Source of the DNA: a virus
Virus record (IMG/VR): IMGVR_UViG_3300037882_002241
Location: 3,803 to 67,802 of that record
Direction: 5' to 3' (one strand)
Length of the DNA: 64,000 bases
Below the pieces are notes generated by a model, which saw nothing but the letters and a program-made list of their open reading frames with translations, was not told where the DNA came from and did no database searches. The position numbers and the translations under genes are program-made. Positions 47,357-56,682 of the stretch are shown in pieces. How positions within the stretch are numbered: the first letter of the stretch is position 1; each line of letters opens with the position of its first letter.

Positions 47357-47626
47357 TTATTTATCCTTATATGATTTGTATGGTTTTGTTTCTTTAATAG
47401 GCTCATCATTTTTGACAGGTCTATCAATATTTTCTAAGTATCCGTAGTGCATCATAGATTCTAGATAAGGAAGGCTTTCACCTGCCTCATCAAGATTATA
47501 AACTGCGCCATTTTGAAAGAACAGCTCACTTTTAGCAGCACCATAATAGAACCCTGTTAAAACTGAACCATCTTCTAAAATCTTTGTGTCACTACCAATA
47601 GATTTGATTTTGACAAATTTACTCAT
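47357..47626 (-). CDS. Hypothetical protein after capsid genes
   Basis: Coupled ORF. Confidence 0.55.
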   Translation of the reverse strand: MSKFVKIKSIGSDTKILEDGSVLTGFYYGAAKSELFFQNGAVYNLDEAGESLPYLESMMHYGYLENIDRPVKNDEPIKETKPYKSYKDK

Positions 47627-48027
47627 TAGATATACTCTAAAGTTACAGATACACCAGCAGCAGCACCAATAGGCTCTACTTTAATCCACTTAGTGTTAAC
47701 TTTGTTGCGAAGCTCATAAATAACTTGTGAACCAGCTTTAACACCAATTTGAGTTGCAGTTGCTACCGCGCCGTTAGCAGTGAATGTCGCCAAGAAGTCT
47801 ACATTAGCTGGCAAAGTGCCAGGGCAGTAGCATTCATCAGCCTTACGCTTTACCCAGTTAGTATCAGGTAAACATCCAGTTACGTCACTACCAGCAGTTC
47901 CCCAAATTTCAAATTGAGTTGTTGCAGCATTAGCAGAATCAAAGTGAAATACGAGTTGTGCGCGACCTTGTGGGGCTTCTACGGGGGTTACTACACCCCC
48001 AGCGAATACGATTTTATGTGTTTTCAT
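47626..48027 (-). CDS. Putative capsid decoration protein
   Basis: Beta-rich 133 aa directly after major capsid. Confidence 0.55.
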   Translation of the reverse strand: MKTHKIVFAGGVVTPVEAPQGRAQLVFHFDSANAATTQFEIWGTAGSDVTGCLPDTNWVKRKADECYCPGTLPANVDFLATFTANGAVATATQIGVKAGSQVIYELRNKVNTKWIKVEPIGAAAGVSVTLEYI

Positions 48028-48039
48028 AGTTTTAAATCC

Positions 48040-49506
48040 TTATGGAGAAATTAATTTGATTGCAGCATTAGGGCAATTCATTACGAAGTCCCATTCAGCA
48101 TGACCAACAAAAACGTCACAGAACGAGCCATTTGAACCAGTATAACGGGTTACAGTTGGTGAAGTGTGCATAATCAATGTAGCAACTTGTTTTAAGTCAC
48201 CAACGATATAATTAGCCTTCATTGGCTGCAATCCACCGACTGAATTGCCGTAGCCCGATGTATGGAATGAACGATTAGTTGTTCTAACAGGAATACCTTG
48301 AACCTCTAATTGACCATTAACGAATTGAACTGCACGACTTGGGTTAGTCGAAGTATCAGCCATTGCAGATAGTTGCGTTCTGCCTAAACGTGTCGTGTAA
48401 ATTTTTACATTAGATTTGTTTTGGATTGTTAACGCGTCATATGCAGCGACAAGAGCTTGCCATGTGATAAATGCAGGAGCAGGAACAGCGCCAGTTGTTA
48501 ATTGCGTTTTCTCGATTTTATCAAGCCAATTATCAACATTAGCACCATTACCAAACATAATATGTGCGTTCATGCCATTAATCATTTGTTGCGAAATACC
48601 ACGACGAACACGACCAGCAATATCAAGCGTTGAATCTTCAATCTGATGACGGTGCATACAGAATTTAGAACCCATAAGCTTAACGCGGCGGGTTACTTCA
48701 GGTGCTAATACAAGGTTATTACCGTTTGGCATTTCACAAGTATCATCGTTTACGAAAACAGCCTCTTGATATTCAAGAAAATCAGGTGCATATTTGTAAT
48801 CACGTTTACGAACGGAGCGGAAAGCAAACTCACCCAATAGGTTATCAGGTTCATCTAAGCAGGTTTTGAAATCACGAAGAATTTCAGGGTCATAATACGA
48901 ACCACCACCAACTAATGAGAAGTTCATAGCAGGGCTATTCATAATCTTACGAGCATATTCTAAATCATTGCCCTTAAGCACATCAGAAGCGGCAGAGAAA
49001 AGGCTAGAATTAGAAAACTTAGACTTAAATGCAGTAGCAGCTTTATTGTAAGAATCTGATTTTGTGTTGTAAAGTGAGGAAGTATGCTCATGATAAGCCT
49101 CTAATTCTTCTTTACGAGCTGTAAATTCTTTAGCAAGTTCAATTTCATCTTCGACATGAGCAGAAAGAATATCAAAGCCTAATTCTTTGCTAAAAGAACC
49201 ACGTGATTGCTCACCATTCAATGATTTTTCTTTTAATCCACGTGATTCAGCCGCTTGCATAATTGCATCTAAATTAGTATACTTTTCTTTCAAATCTGAA
49301 ATAGAAGCATCTTTGTCATTTAGTTGCTTTTGAAATTCATTGGTTGCTTCAAGGATTGCTTTGTTGATTGATTCATCATTAGAAGACTTGAATTTAGCCT
49401 CAAATTTCGTTTCAAGAGCTTGAAAATGTTTCGCTGTCTCATCTGTAGCGACAAGGGCAATTTTTGCAAAAACATCTTCCTTTGTTGTAATATTTTCGGT
49501 TGTCAT
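48040..49506 (-). CDS. Major capsid protein (HK97 fold with N-terminal scaffold domain)
   Basis: Coiled-coil N-terminus, GGGSYY, IEDS..DI, IMFGNG, GIPV, IVGDLK. Confidence 0.85.
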   Translation of the reverse strand: MTTENITTKEDVFAKIALVATDETAKHFQALETKFEAKFKSSNDESINKAILEATNEFQKQLNDKDASISDLKEKYTNLDAIMQAAESRGLKEKSLNGEQSRGSFSKELGFDILSAHVEDEIELAKEFTARKEELEAYHEHTSSLYNTKSDSYNKAATAFKSKFSNSSLFSAASDVLKGNDLEYARKIMNSPAMNFSLVGGGSYYDPEILRDFKTCLDEPDNLLGEFAFRSVRKRDYKYAPDFLEYQEAVFVNDDTCEMPNGNNLVLAPEVTRRVKLMGSKFCMHRHQIEDSTLDIAGRVRRGISQQMINGMNAHIMFGNGANVDNWLDKIEKTQLTTGAVPAPAFITWQALVAAYDALTIQNKSNVKIYTTRLGRTQLSAMADTSTNPSRAVQFVNGQLEVQGIPVRTTNRSFHTSGYGNSVGGLQPMKANYIVGDLKQVATLIMHTSPTVTRYTGSNGSFCDVFVGHAEWDFVMNCPNAAIKLISP

Positions 49507-49531
49507 GTGACTATCCTATATTGGGTTATGA

Positions 49532-50278
49532 TTATTTGAGAATGTCTAAAAGAACATCGTCAACTGTTTTGAAAACCAAATCACTTGGCTTTGTGAAAAG
49601 CGAACCATCAATCTTTTTTAAATCAGATATGAAAATTTGCGCTTGTTTTTGGCTCAAACCGAACACTTCCCGTGTTAAATCTTCGCACACTCTAACATCC
49701 ATTGAAAATTTATCCTTATTGGTAAGCATAAAATCCTTAAAGGCTGTTATAGAATCTTTTTTTACTTCCTCTTGCTCTAAACCAAAGGTTTTTAAAGCTT
49801 GGGAAAATGTTACTTGTGAACCCGCAATAGCAGGGTTAACACATAATGAAATCTCGTCTAAAAATGTTTCTGTAATATCAATCTTTGTGCCGTCACTTGA
49901 CTTTTTAGTTTTAGTACGGTCAACTTCAATGCCAACACTTGCACCTAATGGCTTACCACCGTTTTCAGCATTAAAATTAATATATGACGCGGCATCTTTG
50001 CCATATTGATTATCAAGATTTAACTTTGATTTTGCATATAGATATTCATCATCTTGATATAATTCAGTAATAACGCCAATTGGCATTGAATATGTATCAT
50101 GTGACCATAGCAAAGCAGGTTTTAAACCACTTTCAATATACTTTGAAAAGCAACCTTTTTTAAATTCAAAGATTTTATGCCCTGTGACGTTGAAAGCGCA
50201 AGCCTTCATTGTAAACTCACCATTTTCTAATACTTTAGTTTTACCTTGATTAGAAATGTCATTTTGAAAAAATCTCAT
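49532..50278 (-). CDS. HK97-family prohead protease
   Basis: KKGCF...LLWSHD...PIG...L...G.SVG...EISLCVNPA. Confidence 0.9.
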   Translation of the reverse strand: MRFFQNDISNQGKTKVLENGEFTMKACAFNVTGHKIFEFKKGCFSKYIESGLKPALLWSHDTYSMPIGVITELYQDDEYLYAKSKLNLDNQYGKDAASYINFNAENGGKPLGASVGIEVDRTKTKKSSDGTKIDITETFLDEISLCVNPAIAGSQVTFSQALKTFGLEQEEVKKDSITAFKDFMLTNKDKFSMDVRVCEDLTREVFGLSQKQAQIFISDLKKIDGSLFTKPSDLVFKTVDDVLLDILK

Positions 50279-51453
50279 TGTTTTTCAACCTTATTTTGTT
50301 TGTCTTCGATTTGAAGCTTTGTTTTATCAATTTTAATAAATTTTTCAGTAGGGAGTAACGCCCCGCATATCGTGTTTAGTAATGGTTCAGCATATTCCGC
50401 ATAAACAGTCATTTCTAAAAAGTGTAATCGTGATTGCATCATGTTTTCATACGTGCCTTGACCAACGCCAATTAAATCAGATGGAACGCCCATGGCTATT
50501 GCAATATCTTTTTCAACCTGTTGCATTAAATCAACTTTGAAAAGGTCACTTGTAATCTGTGATAAACTGTTAACATTTACATCACCGAAGGCTAACATAT
50601 GCTTACCTTCATCTTTAGCGCCTTTTAAACGGGCGACTAAAGATTTGCTCATCTCTTCAATAGCATTAGAAGCCATTTCCGCAGGGGGAATAACTGAAAT
50701 AATGCTAGGTAATATAGGGTTTTTCTCTAGGGTTACAGAAGCTCTATGATATTGCATCGTTTGCAATTTAGCTGCTTGAACGGCTGCAATTAACGGAATA
50801 AACGGGGTTTTACTATCAAAAGCGCTAGGTGTATATTTAACAGCGAACCCATTAGGCGCATCAATTATAGCCCAATCTGTGTAATTTAAGATAAAAGGTA
50901 TAACATCGGATTCATCACCCTTGCTTTTATGACGAATACCAACCTCTTTTTCTGAATTTTCACGGTCTTTGACAACGATATAATCTGCATAAGGGCAAAT
51001 CTCAATATAAAGACGTTGTGAGCTTTCAGTAAATGCTAATTTTAAAAAGCAACCACCTTTTAGCATCTGTTGCCAAAAAATTAACTGTAGCATTTCATTC
51101 TTTGACGAATACAACAAAGGATTAATCAAAGCGTCATATACGTATTCAGGCTTAATAGCCTTAGCTCTTTTTACGCCTTTAATATCTTTAACAGGATTGC
51201 CGCTATTCGATTTTAAAGCCTCAAATTGAACATTAGAAGCCTCAGAACGTATCAACTGGACACAACGTGCTAAAGTAGGGTTGCGTGTAACATAGGCTAT
51301 TAATTCCCTATCTGTTACATGAGATAAAAGAAAAGGGTTGTTGCTATCGTCTTCTATTTTAAACGGATTGAATTTTTCAGGTTCACATGGGGTTACAGGC
51401 TGTGAAGACATAGTAACAGTCTCTTTATTGCCAAACAACCCGAATAAATTCAT
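50275..51453 (-). CDS. Portal protein
   Basis: ARCVQLI...NP...IAIAMGVPSDLIG..TYEN. Confidence 0.85.
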   Translation of the reverse strand: MNLFGLFGNKETVTMSSQPVTPCEPEKFNPFKIEDDSNNPFLLSHVTDRELIAYVTRNPTLARCVQLIRSEASNVQFEALKSNSGNPVKDIKGVKRAKAIKPEYVYDALINPLLYSSKNEMLQLIFWQQMLKGGCFLKLAFTESSQRLYIEICPYADYIVVKDRENSEKEVGIRHKSKGDESDVIPFILNYTDWAIIDAPNGFAVKYTPSAFDSKTPFIPLIAAVQAAKLQTMQYHRASVTLEKNPILPSIISVIPPAEMASNAIEEMSKSLVARLKGAKDEGKHMLAFGDVNVNSLSQITSDLFKVDLMQQVEKDIAIAMGVPSDLIGVGQGTYENMMQSRLHFLEMTVYAEYAEPLLNTICGALLPTEKFIKIDKTKLQIEDKQNKVEKQ

Positions 51454-51455
51454 TA

Positions 51456-51650
51456 TTAGCGTTCAATCGTCTTTTTAGTGTTGTCTATTGGTGCAACAGA
51501 TTGTGCATTAGCACTTAATCCACTTAATGTAGGGGCAGGAGCAGATACTAAACCAGCAGAAGCTACACTTGAAACACCACCGCGCCAATTGTAATTAGCT
51601 ATTTGCTGTTGGACTGGGGTCATTCCACCACATGAAGAACATCCACTCAT
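51456..51650 (-). CDS. Small protein, MSGCSSCGG N-terminus
   Basis: Coupled ORF before portal. Confidence 0.55.
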   Translation of the reverse strand: MSGCSSCGGMTPVQQQIANYNWRGGVSSVASAGLVSAPAPTLSGLSANAQSVAPIDNTKKTIER

Positions 51651-51964
51651 TGATTTAACTCCGCTTTTTTCTTAGCTTGTCTTATTTCAAATAAAATATA
51701 TGTTAGAGCTAATGGATACGTTAAAAGCACCCAATTGCTTAAGAAGCATAAACCAACTGTTAATAACGTATTAATAACACCAGCAAGAATAAACCTAACC
51801 GCTATGCAGCCTGTGCATCCTTCAGGATTATTTTCTGTTATTGTTGCTTTCCAGTTTCTCTCTGCCCAAAACAAAAACGCATTACCTGTCTTTGTCATGT
51901 AAACCCAAGGATAAAAATAGTTATCCTGTAAATACTTAACCATTAATAACGCCCGATAATTCAC
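51647..51964 (-). CDS. Membrane protein with CxxC (GCTGC)
   Basis: CxxC followed by two TM segments. Confidence 0.55.
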   Translation of the reverse strand: MNYRALLMVKYLQDNYFYPWVYMTKTGNAFLFWAERNWKATITENNPEGCTGCIAVRFILAGVINTLLTVGLCFLSNWVLLTYPLALTYILFEIRQAKKKAELNQ

Positions 51965-52274
51965 CCTCTAGCGATAGATTAATTGCTTGCCATAATGCAT
52001 CTGGTTTATCACAAAGCCAATTAGTGTTTAATGTAATGCCAGCACCATCAATGACAGAATAAATCTGTGACATCATGCCGTTCAGAAAAGGCTTCGTAAT
52101 TAAAGCAGCATCTTTGCCACATTTATCAGTAAACTTCTCAAAGTATGGCATCACATTAACGTTTTGAACACTAGGGCGATAAGCACATTCTACTTTAGGA
52201 TTAGGCAAAAACGTCGTTACATTGCCAACAATTGAATATGTGCCAGCAACTCCCGAATTAGGTATAATAGCCAT
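51936..52274 (-). CDS. Hypothetical structural-region protein
   Basis: C-terminus resembles the L..AI fibre-anchor motif. Confidence 0.5.
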   Translation of the reverse strand: MAIIPNSGVAGTYSIVGNVTTFLPNPKVECAYRPSVQNVNVMPYFEKFTDKCGKDAALITKPFLNGMMSQIYSVIDGAGITLNTNWLCDKPDALWQAINLSLEGELSGVING

Positions 52275-52429
52275 TGTTAATCTTTCTTAACTTTTGCTTT
52301 TATGGGCTTATCATCTGAAATAAAGTTACCCTTATCATCATATGCCATAACTTTAGGCATAGGCATTTCGTTCTTTGCCTCTGGCATTTTAGGTAATTCG
52401 TGTTTAACTTCTTCAATCATTGTAATCTC

Positions 52430-55372
52430 CTAAGCGCAAGGTAAGCGGATGTTATTGAGTGACACCCATAGCAAACCTCCAGCAGGGGAAGCAGCACCGT
52501 TAACGCCCAAAGTGAAATAAGGATTAACTGCTGTGTTGAATGAATCAGCATAAGCGCGAACAAACACTCCGTTTTGACCACCGACCACGCCATTAACAAA
52601 TCTAACTTGCCCGTTAACCATCTTTGCGTCACCGACTGTGCTTGCTGCTATAGGCACTGAAATAATAGGTTCACCTAGAACATTTGCGCCTGATATAAAC
52701 GCAATGTTTGGTGAGCCAGTAATGCTTGCACTAAGCTGTATTATGCCCACAATCTCAACAGCACCACGTGGGTCATCATCGAGTGTTAGGTTGCGGTATT
52801 GGCAGGTATAAGGTGCACTATAATTGGCAACAACACCAGCAACGGCAGGTAATGCCGCTGTCGCTGCTGGAGGTGTGCTACCCGCAACAGTTACGTTACG
52901 CCATTCGCCCGTATTGTGAGATTGGTCATATAGAGCTGAAAGTGCTAAAGATGGGGGGCTACCGTAACCTGCTTGGATATAAGTGCCGTCCGCAAATCTA
53001 ACGCGATTTTTTCCAATACTAATACCAGTAGCACTCGAAACCGCGCCTTCATACTTAGCAACCATGATTGCGCCAGTTGGAATTAATGAATTACCGCCGT
53101 AATAAGCAATAACAAAATCACTATCAAACGAACCACCGCCGCCCGAATATGCAGGTGGAATATAATAAAGTGCTTCCCAAACTCCGAGAGGCACAAAACG
53201 GCGACCGCCTATTGTTTGAATTTGACGAGTTACGTTTGAACCTACGTTAACGACTGGAATTTGAAAGTTAGCGGCTGGCACATTAATGTAATTATAGCCG
53301 TTGCCCCATGAAGCATAGCCGTCTGAAATACCATAAATTAACGTATTGTCATCCCATGAAACAGCAATACCTGTTGCTGAACCAAGTATCCCATTAACTG
53401 TAGTGCCACTAAAGAATGTCGAAGTTAACCAACGACCATGTTTTAAACCCTTGTGGGTAATGCCTTTGTTACGGTGTAAAGCATCTGTTTCATGGTCAGC
53501 AGGGGTTGTCATGAAGTGAGCGTCACCAGCTCTTAAAGCTTTCTGAACGCCACCGACTAGAATTTGGATTGTCGAGTTTGCACCCGTAGTTTGACGTGAA
53601 GCAATAGGCATCCAATGACATGGAACTGTAACAGCCCCAGAGTAACCGCTAATTACGAATTGTGGTGTAACCGTAGGGTTATCAATGTTCGGAACTAAGA
53701 AAAGTGTTTCATTGTCATTTAAATCAACAACAGTTGTCGAAGTTGGCACGATAGGGTGAACACCACGTAAAGCGCCACCAAACCATGCAGGCTTTTCAGC
53801 AGCTGTCATTAGACGCCATGAGCGTGCAGCCGCACCGTTAACGACGCCGACCGCCGCGCCTACTGCTCTATTAGCACTTGTTGAATCGAAATAACCTGAC
53901 GAGTTTACGTTAGGTGTTGAACCCGAATCAATCCAACGAATAGCCCCAGTAAAGCCAAATACCACTGGAATTGCGCTGTTTCCGCCTGGACAAAAGAAGT
54001 AACCCTCACCCATTGCACGTTGCTTCATAGCAGACCAAGCGTCAGATGTAATCCTACCACCGCGCCCCGTTTGAGAACATAAGCCGACAACGTCACCTGT
54101 GCCTAATGTAAAGACTGAGGCATCATCACGTTTAGCAACCATAATATAATCATTAGAATTTAAGAAAATATCTAGCGCGTTTGTATTTACAGTGTAAGGA
54201 ACGATTAAGAAGTTAGCAGGAACTGAGGTTGGTGCAGAACCCGAGACGTGTTTATAATAAAGTGTATCCCATGCGTTAAGCGGTATGCCGCCTGTAGCAA
54301 TAGAGCTACCAGCTGTAGCCGCAACAACAGCGCGAGTGCCACCGCCTGCAACTGGAACAGCGAAGCCATCAGCTGGCATGTCTATTCTAAAGTAACCGCT
54401 AGGCTCTACAGAATTAGTGCCAGTTGTCATGATATGGTAAAAGCCAACCCAACGAATCTCCCCATTAAGAGAAATCTTAGTAGCAGCCTGTGAAGAAAAT
54501 CTGTCTTGTAAATTGCGTTGCTTTTGAACTATCTGTGTCCATGAACCCCATGTAGTAGCTGAAGTTGACATACGATAATATTTGCGACCATCGTCAAGAT
54601 AAGCCTCTTGGCGGATTTGACCGCCACTCATATCACTAGCTTGACCATACTTACGAAACGTATTAACACCTACATAAGGGCTAGGCGCAGGTATGACGCC
54701 AGCAGCAACAGTCATACCAACAACAGCGGCATCTTTAAAATCAAAGTATGAACCAGCGTTTGTAAAGTCTTGTGGTAAATCGTTGGCGTTACGAGTATCA
54801 GCAGAGCCAACGGCATTAGGTATAACCACCTTGCCTGTAGGGTCAACGCCGATTGCCATCGTATTAAGAACAGAAGTTGGCGTAGTATTCGGATTTAATT
54901 TACGTAATGCAAAGCCCGAATCATTAACAACTAGGCTGTCTACTTCTAAAGTTGTAGTAGGGTCAACATTTAAACCCACGTTACCATTGCGGCGAATGTT
55001 TTCTGTAATGTCTGTTGTGCCATCAGGTGAAGTTGTCGCACCAGCAGCAGAACGCCAAAAATCAGCAGCAGCACTTGACGCCGCCTGTGATTGCCACGTA
55101 TTACCTAAAGTCTCAAATTCGCCAAATTGATTAATGCCGATTACAGTGCCATACATTGTGAATGGAACAGTGCCACTATTCTGAACGCGAACAAAAGTGC
55201 CATCAGCTTGAACCGTTGGCAAAGGTAACGTAATCGTTTGATTAGCAGTAGTTTGATTAATTTTAAAAGCAGCCGCCTTATCAACTGTATTAACAGCAGT
55301 GCCGATAACACCCCCAGCAGGTAAGTTGGCGATTAAAAGCGGGTCGACTATAAGCCTATTTGAAATATTCAT
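52430..55372 (-). CDS. Large fibre/adhesin-like virion protein with three internal repeats
   Basis: GNVGLNVDPTTTLEV and IRQEAY....YYR....TWGSW fibre motifs; three ~170-aa related domains. Confidence 0.7.
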   Translation of the reverse strand: MNISNRLIVDPLLIANLPAGGVIGTAVNTVDKAAAFKINQTTANQTITLPLPTVQADGTFVRVQNSGTVPFTMYGTVIGINQFGEFETLGNTWQSQAASSAAADFWRSAAGATTSPDGTTDITENIRRNGNVGLNVDPTTTLEVDSLVVNDSGFALRKLNPNTTPTSVLNTMAIGVDPTGKVVIPNAVGSADTRNANDLPQDFTNAGSYFDFKDAAVVGMTVAAGVIPAPSPYVGVNTFRKYGQASDMSGGQIRQEAYLDDGRKYYRMSTSATTWGSWTQIVQKQRNLQDRFSSQAATKISLNGEIRWVGFYHIMTTGTNSVEPSGYFRIDMPADGFAVPVAGGGTRAVVAATAGSSIATGGIPLNAWDTLYYKHVSGSAPTSVPANFLIVPYTVNTNALDIFLNSNDYIMVAKRDDASVFTLGTGDVVGLCSQTGRGGRITSDAWSAMKQRAMGEGYFFCPGGNSAIPVVFGFTGAIRWIDSGSTPNVNSSGYFDSTSANRAVGAAVGVVNGAAARSWRLMTAAEKPAWFGGALRGVHPIVPTSTTVVDLNDNETLFLVPNIDNPTVTPQFVISGYSGAVTVPCHWMPIASRQTTGANSTIQILVGGVQKALRAGDAHFMTTPADHETDALHRNKGITHKGLKHGRWLTSTFFSGTTVNGILGSATGIAVSWDDNTLIYGISDGYASWGNGYNYINVPAANFQIPVVNVGSNVTRQIQTIGGRRFVPLGVWEALYYIPPAYSGGGGSFDSDFVIAYYGGNSLIPTGAIMVAKYEGAVSSATGISIGKNRVRFADGTYIQAGYGSPPSLALSALYDQSHNTGEWRNVTVAGSTPPAATAALPAVAGVVANYSAPYTCQYRNLTLDDDPRGAVEIVGIIQLSASITGSPNIAFISGANVLGEPIISVPIAASTVGDAKMVNGQVRFVNGVVGGQNGVFVRAYADSFNTAVNPYFTLGVNGAASPAGGLLWVSLNNIRLPCA

Positions 55373-55755
55373 TATACGTCAATCCGTATTAAAGCGTTAG
55401 GAATAGGGTTTACAACAGAAATTGTAATAGCATTAGGGTTTTCAGCAATTAAACCATGGTCAACACGTAACATAGGAGTAAATCGAGTATCCCAAACGGT
55501 AATCTCAACAGGAGAACTACCTCTGTTATGTGTTATGATATTATTACCAGCGGTTAAGCTTTGTGAAATAGGTATAACATCGGGCGTTGCAGCAACAGAA
55601 CATTCACCAAACGTAAACCCACCTTGTGGAACATTTTGTAAATTAAAGTTTTCATCCGCATAAGTGCCACTAATAATGCCACCATCAGGACGGCGAACGA
55701 AATTCGCTTTATAAGAGCGCCCGTTAACGCAAATCCATTCTTCACAGCATGACAT
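55372..55755 (-). CDS. Structural-region protein (MSCCEEWIC; ITHNRG motif)
   Basis: Translation; RBS AAGGA. Confidence 0.6.
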   Translation of the reverse strand: MSCCEEWICVNGRSYKANFVRRPDGGIISGTYADENFNLQNVPQGGFTFGECSVAATPDVIPISQSLTAGNNIITHNRGSSPVEITVWDTRFTPMLRVDHGLIAENPNAITISVVNPIPNALIRIDV

Positions 55756-55775
55756 AGTTAAATCCTTAAATTAGA

Positions 55776-55869
55776 AGGAGCGACCCATCACTAGGCGGCT
55801 CGTTTAGGTATGCCAGACCCATTTCTAGGCGTGGCATTGGAGTAGGAGCGACCCATCACTAGGCGGCTC
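55776..55869 (-). repeat. Three tandem GNRA hairpins (core CGCCTAG(T/A)(G/A)ATGGGTC)
   Basis: Units 55776-55801 and 55844-55869 identical; middle unit keeps the core with a compensatory outer stem. Confidence 0.85.
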
Positions 55870-55878
55870 ATTGATTAG

Positions 55879-56682
55879 TTAAACTTGACGTAATCGAATT
55901 TTACGACCACGGTCATTGTATATCGGTTTTCCGTATTTAATCAAAACACGGGGATAAATTTCAGCTTTAATCGTTTGGCTTGGATTACCTAGAATAATCT
56001 GCCTTTCATTATCAGGGTCATTACACCCTATAGCAAAAGCAAAATATTGAACTTGATTGCCAATGGTTCTTGTGCTGTCACAAAACATAGGTCGGTCATT
56101 ATTTACACCTGCAAATGTTCTATTTCCACCTTGACCATTCTTACCAAGAGCTGAATGCTCTTGACCGAAAGTCACGCCGTTTAGGTTGCCATTACCGCCA
56201 CCCCAGTTTGAATTAATATCGGCAATGCGAACGATAGGGAAATTATATGCTTTGTTATTCGTATCTAAAAACCAATTTTGCAAGTCAAAAATCTGATATT
56301 GATTATTAGATATCAATTCTCGCTCTGTGATACGTTCAGGAGGTTGCGACCCGCTTCTTGTGTTATGACGACCATTGCGAACCCTTGATATATCATTAGA
56401 GCCATCCCAACTTGCAGGGTGTACCCAGCCACGCTTATTGTCGTAACGATAACGGACACCATTGCCTAAAGCACGAGAAACACCCGCAGAATAACCGCTC
56501 TTATAACGTAACAAAGCAGCAAATGGCTTTAAATCTTTCAATCTTTCCCATTCAGCTTTTGTTAATCCACCAACAGAAACAGTATCATGCTGCCCCGATT
56601 GAACACCATTAGGGTTCAAGAAAAGCCTTGCTTGTGGCAGGATTAAACCACCACCAATACTTAATGAACCACCGCTTGACAT
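55879..56682 (-). CDS. Hypothetical protein (basic, Gly/Asn/Arg-rich)
   Basis: 267 aa coupled ORF. Confidence 0.6.
   Translation of the reverse strand: MSSGGSLSIGGGLILPQARLFLNPNGVQSGQHDTVSVGGLTKAEWERLKDLKPFAALLRYKSGYSAGVSRALGNGVRYRYDNKRGWVHPASWDGSNDISRVRNGRHNTRSGSQPPERITERELISNNQYQIFDLQNWFLDTNNKAYNFPIVRIADINSNWGGGNGNLNGVTFGQEHSALGKNGQGGNRTFAGVNNDRPMFCDSTRTIGNQVQYFAFAIGCNDPDNERQIILGNPSQTIKAEIYPRVLIKYGKPIYNDRGRKIRLRQV

Noticed and set aside
33357-49506. Codon reassignment as the cause of Cys excess
   Set aside because: ORFs are intact under the standard code, Cys codons are TGT/TGC, canonical Cys motifs (TnpB, HNH, thioredoxin) read normally, and the excess is protein-specific
28660-55372. 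Diversity-generating retroelement or invertible fibre switch
   Set aside because: No reverse transcriptase, invertase or template/variable repeat pair seen
55776-55869. Mini CRISPR array (two identical 26-bp repeats)
   Set aside because: The would-be spacer is itself a third structural copy; no cas genes or leader
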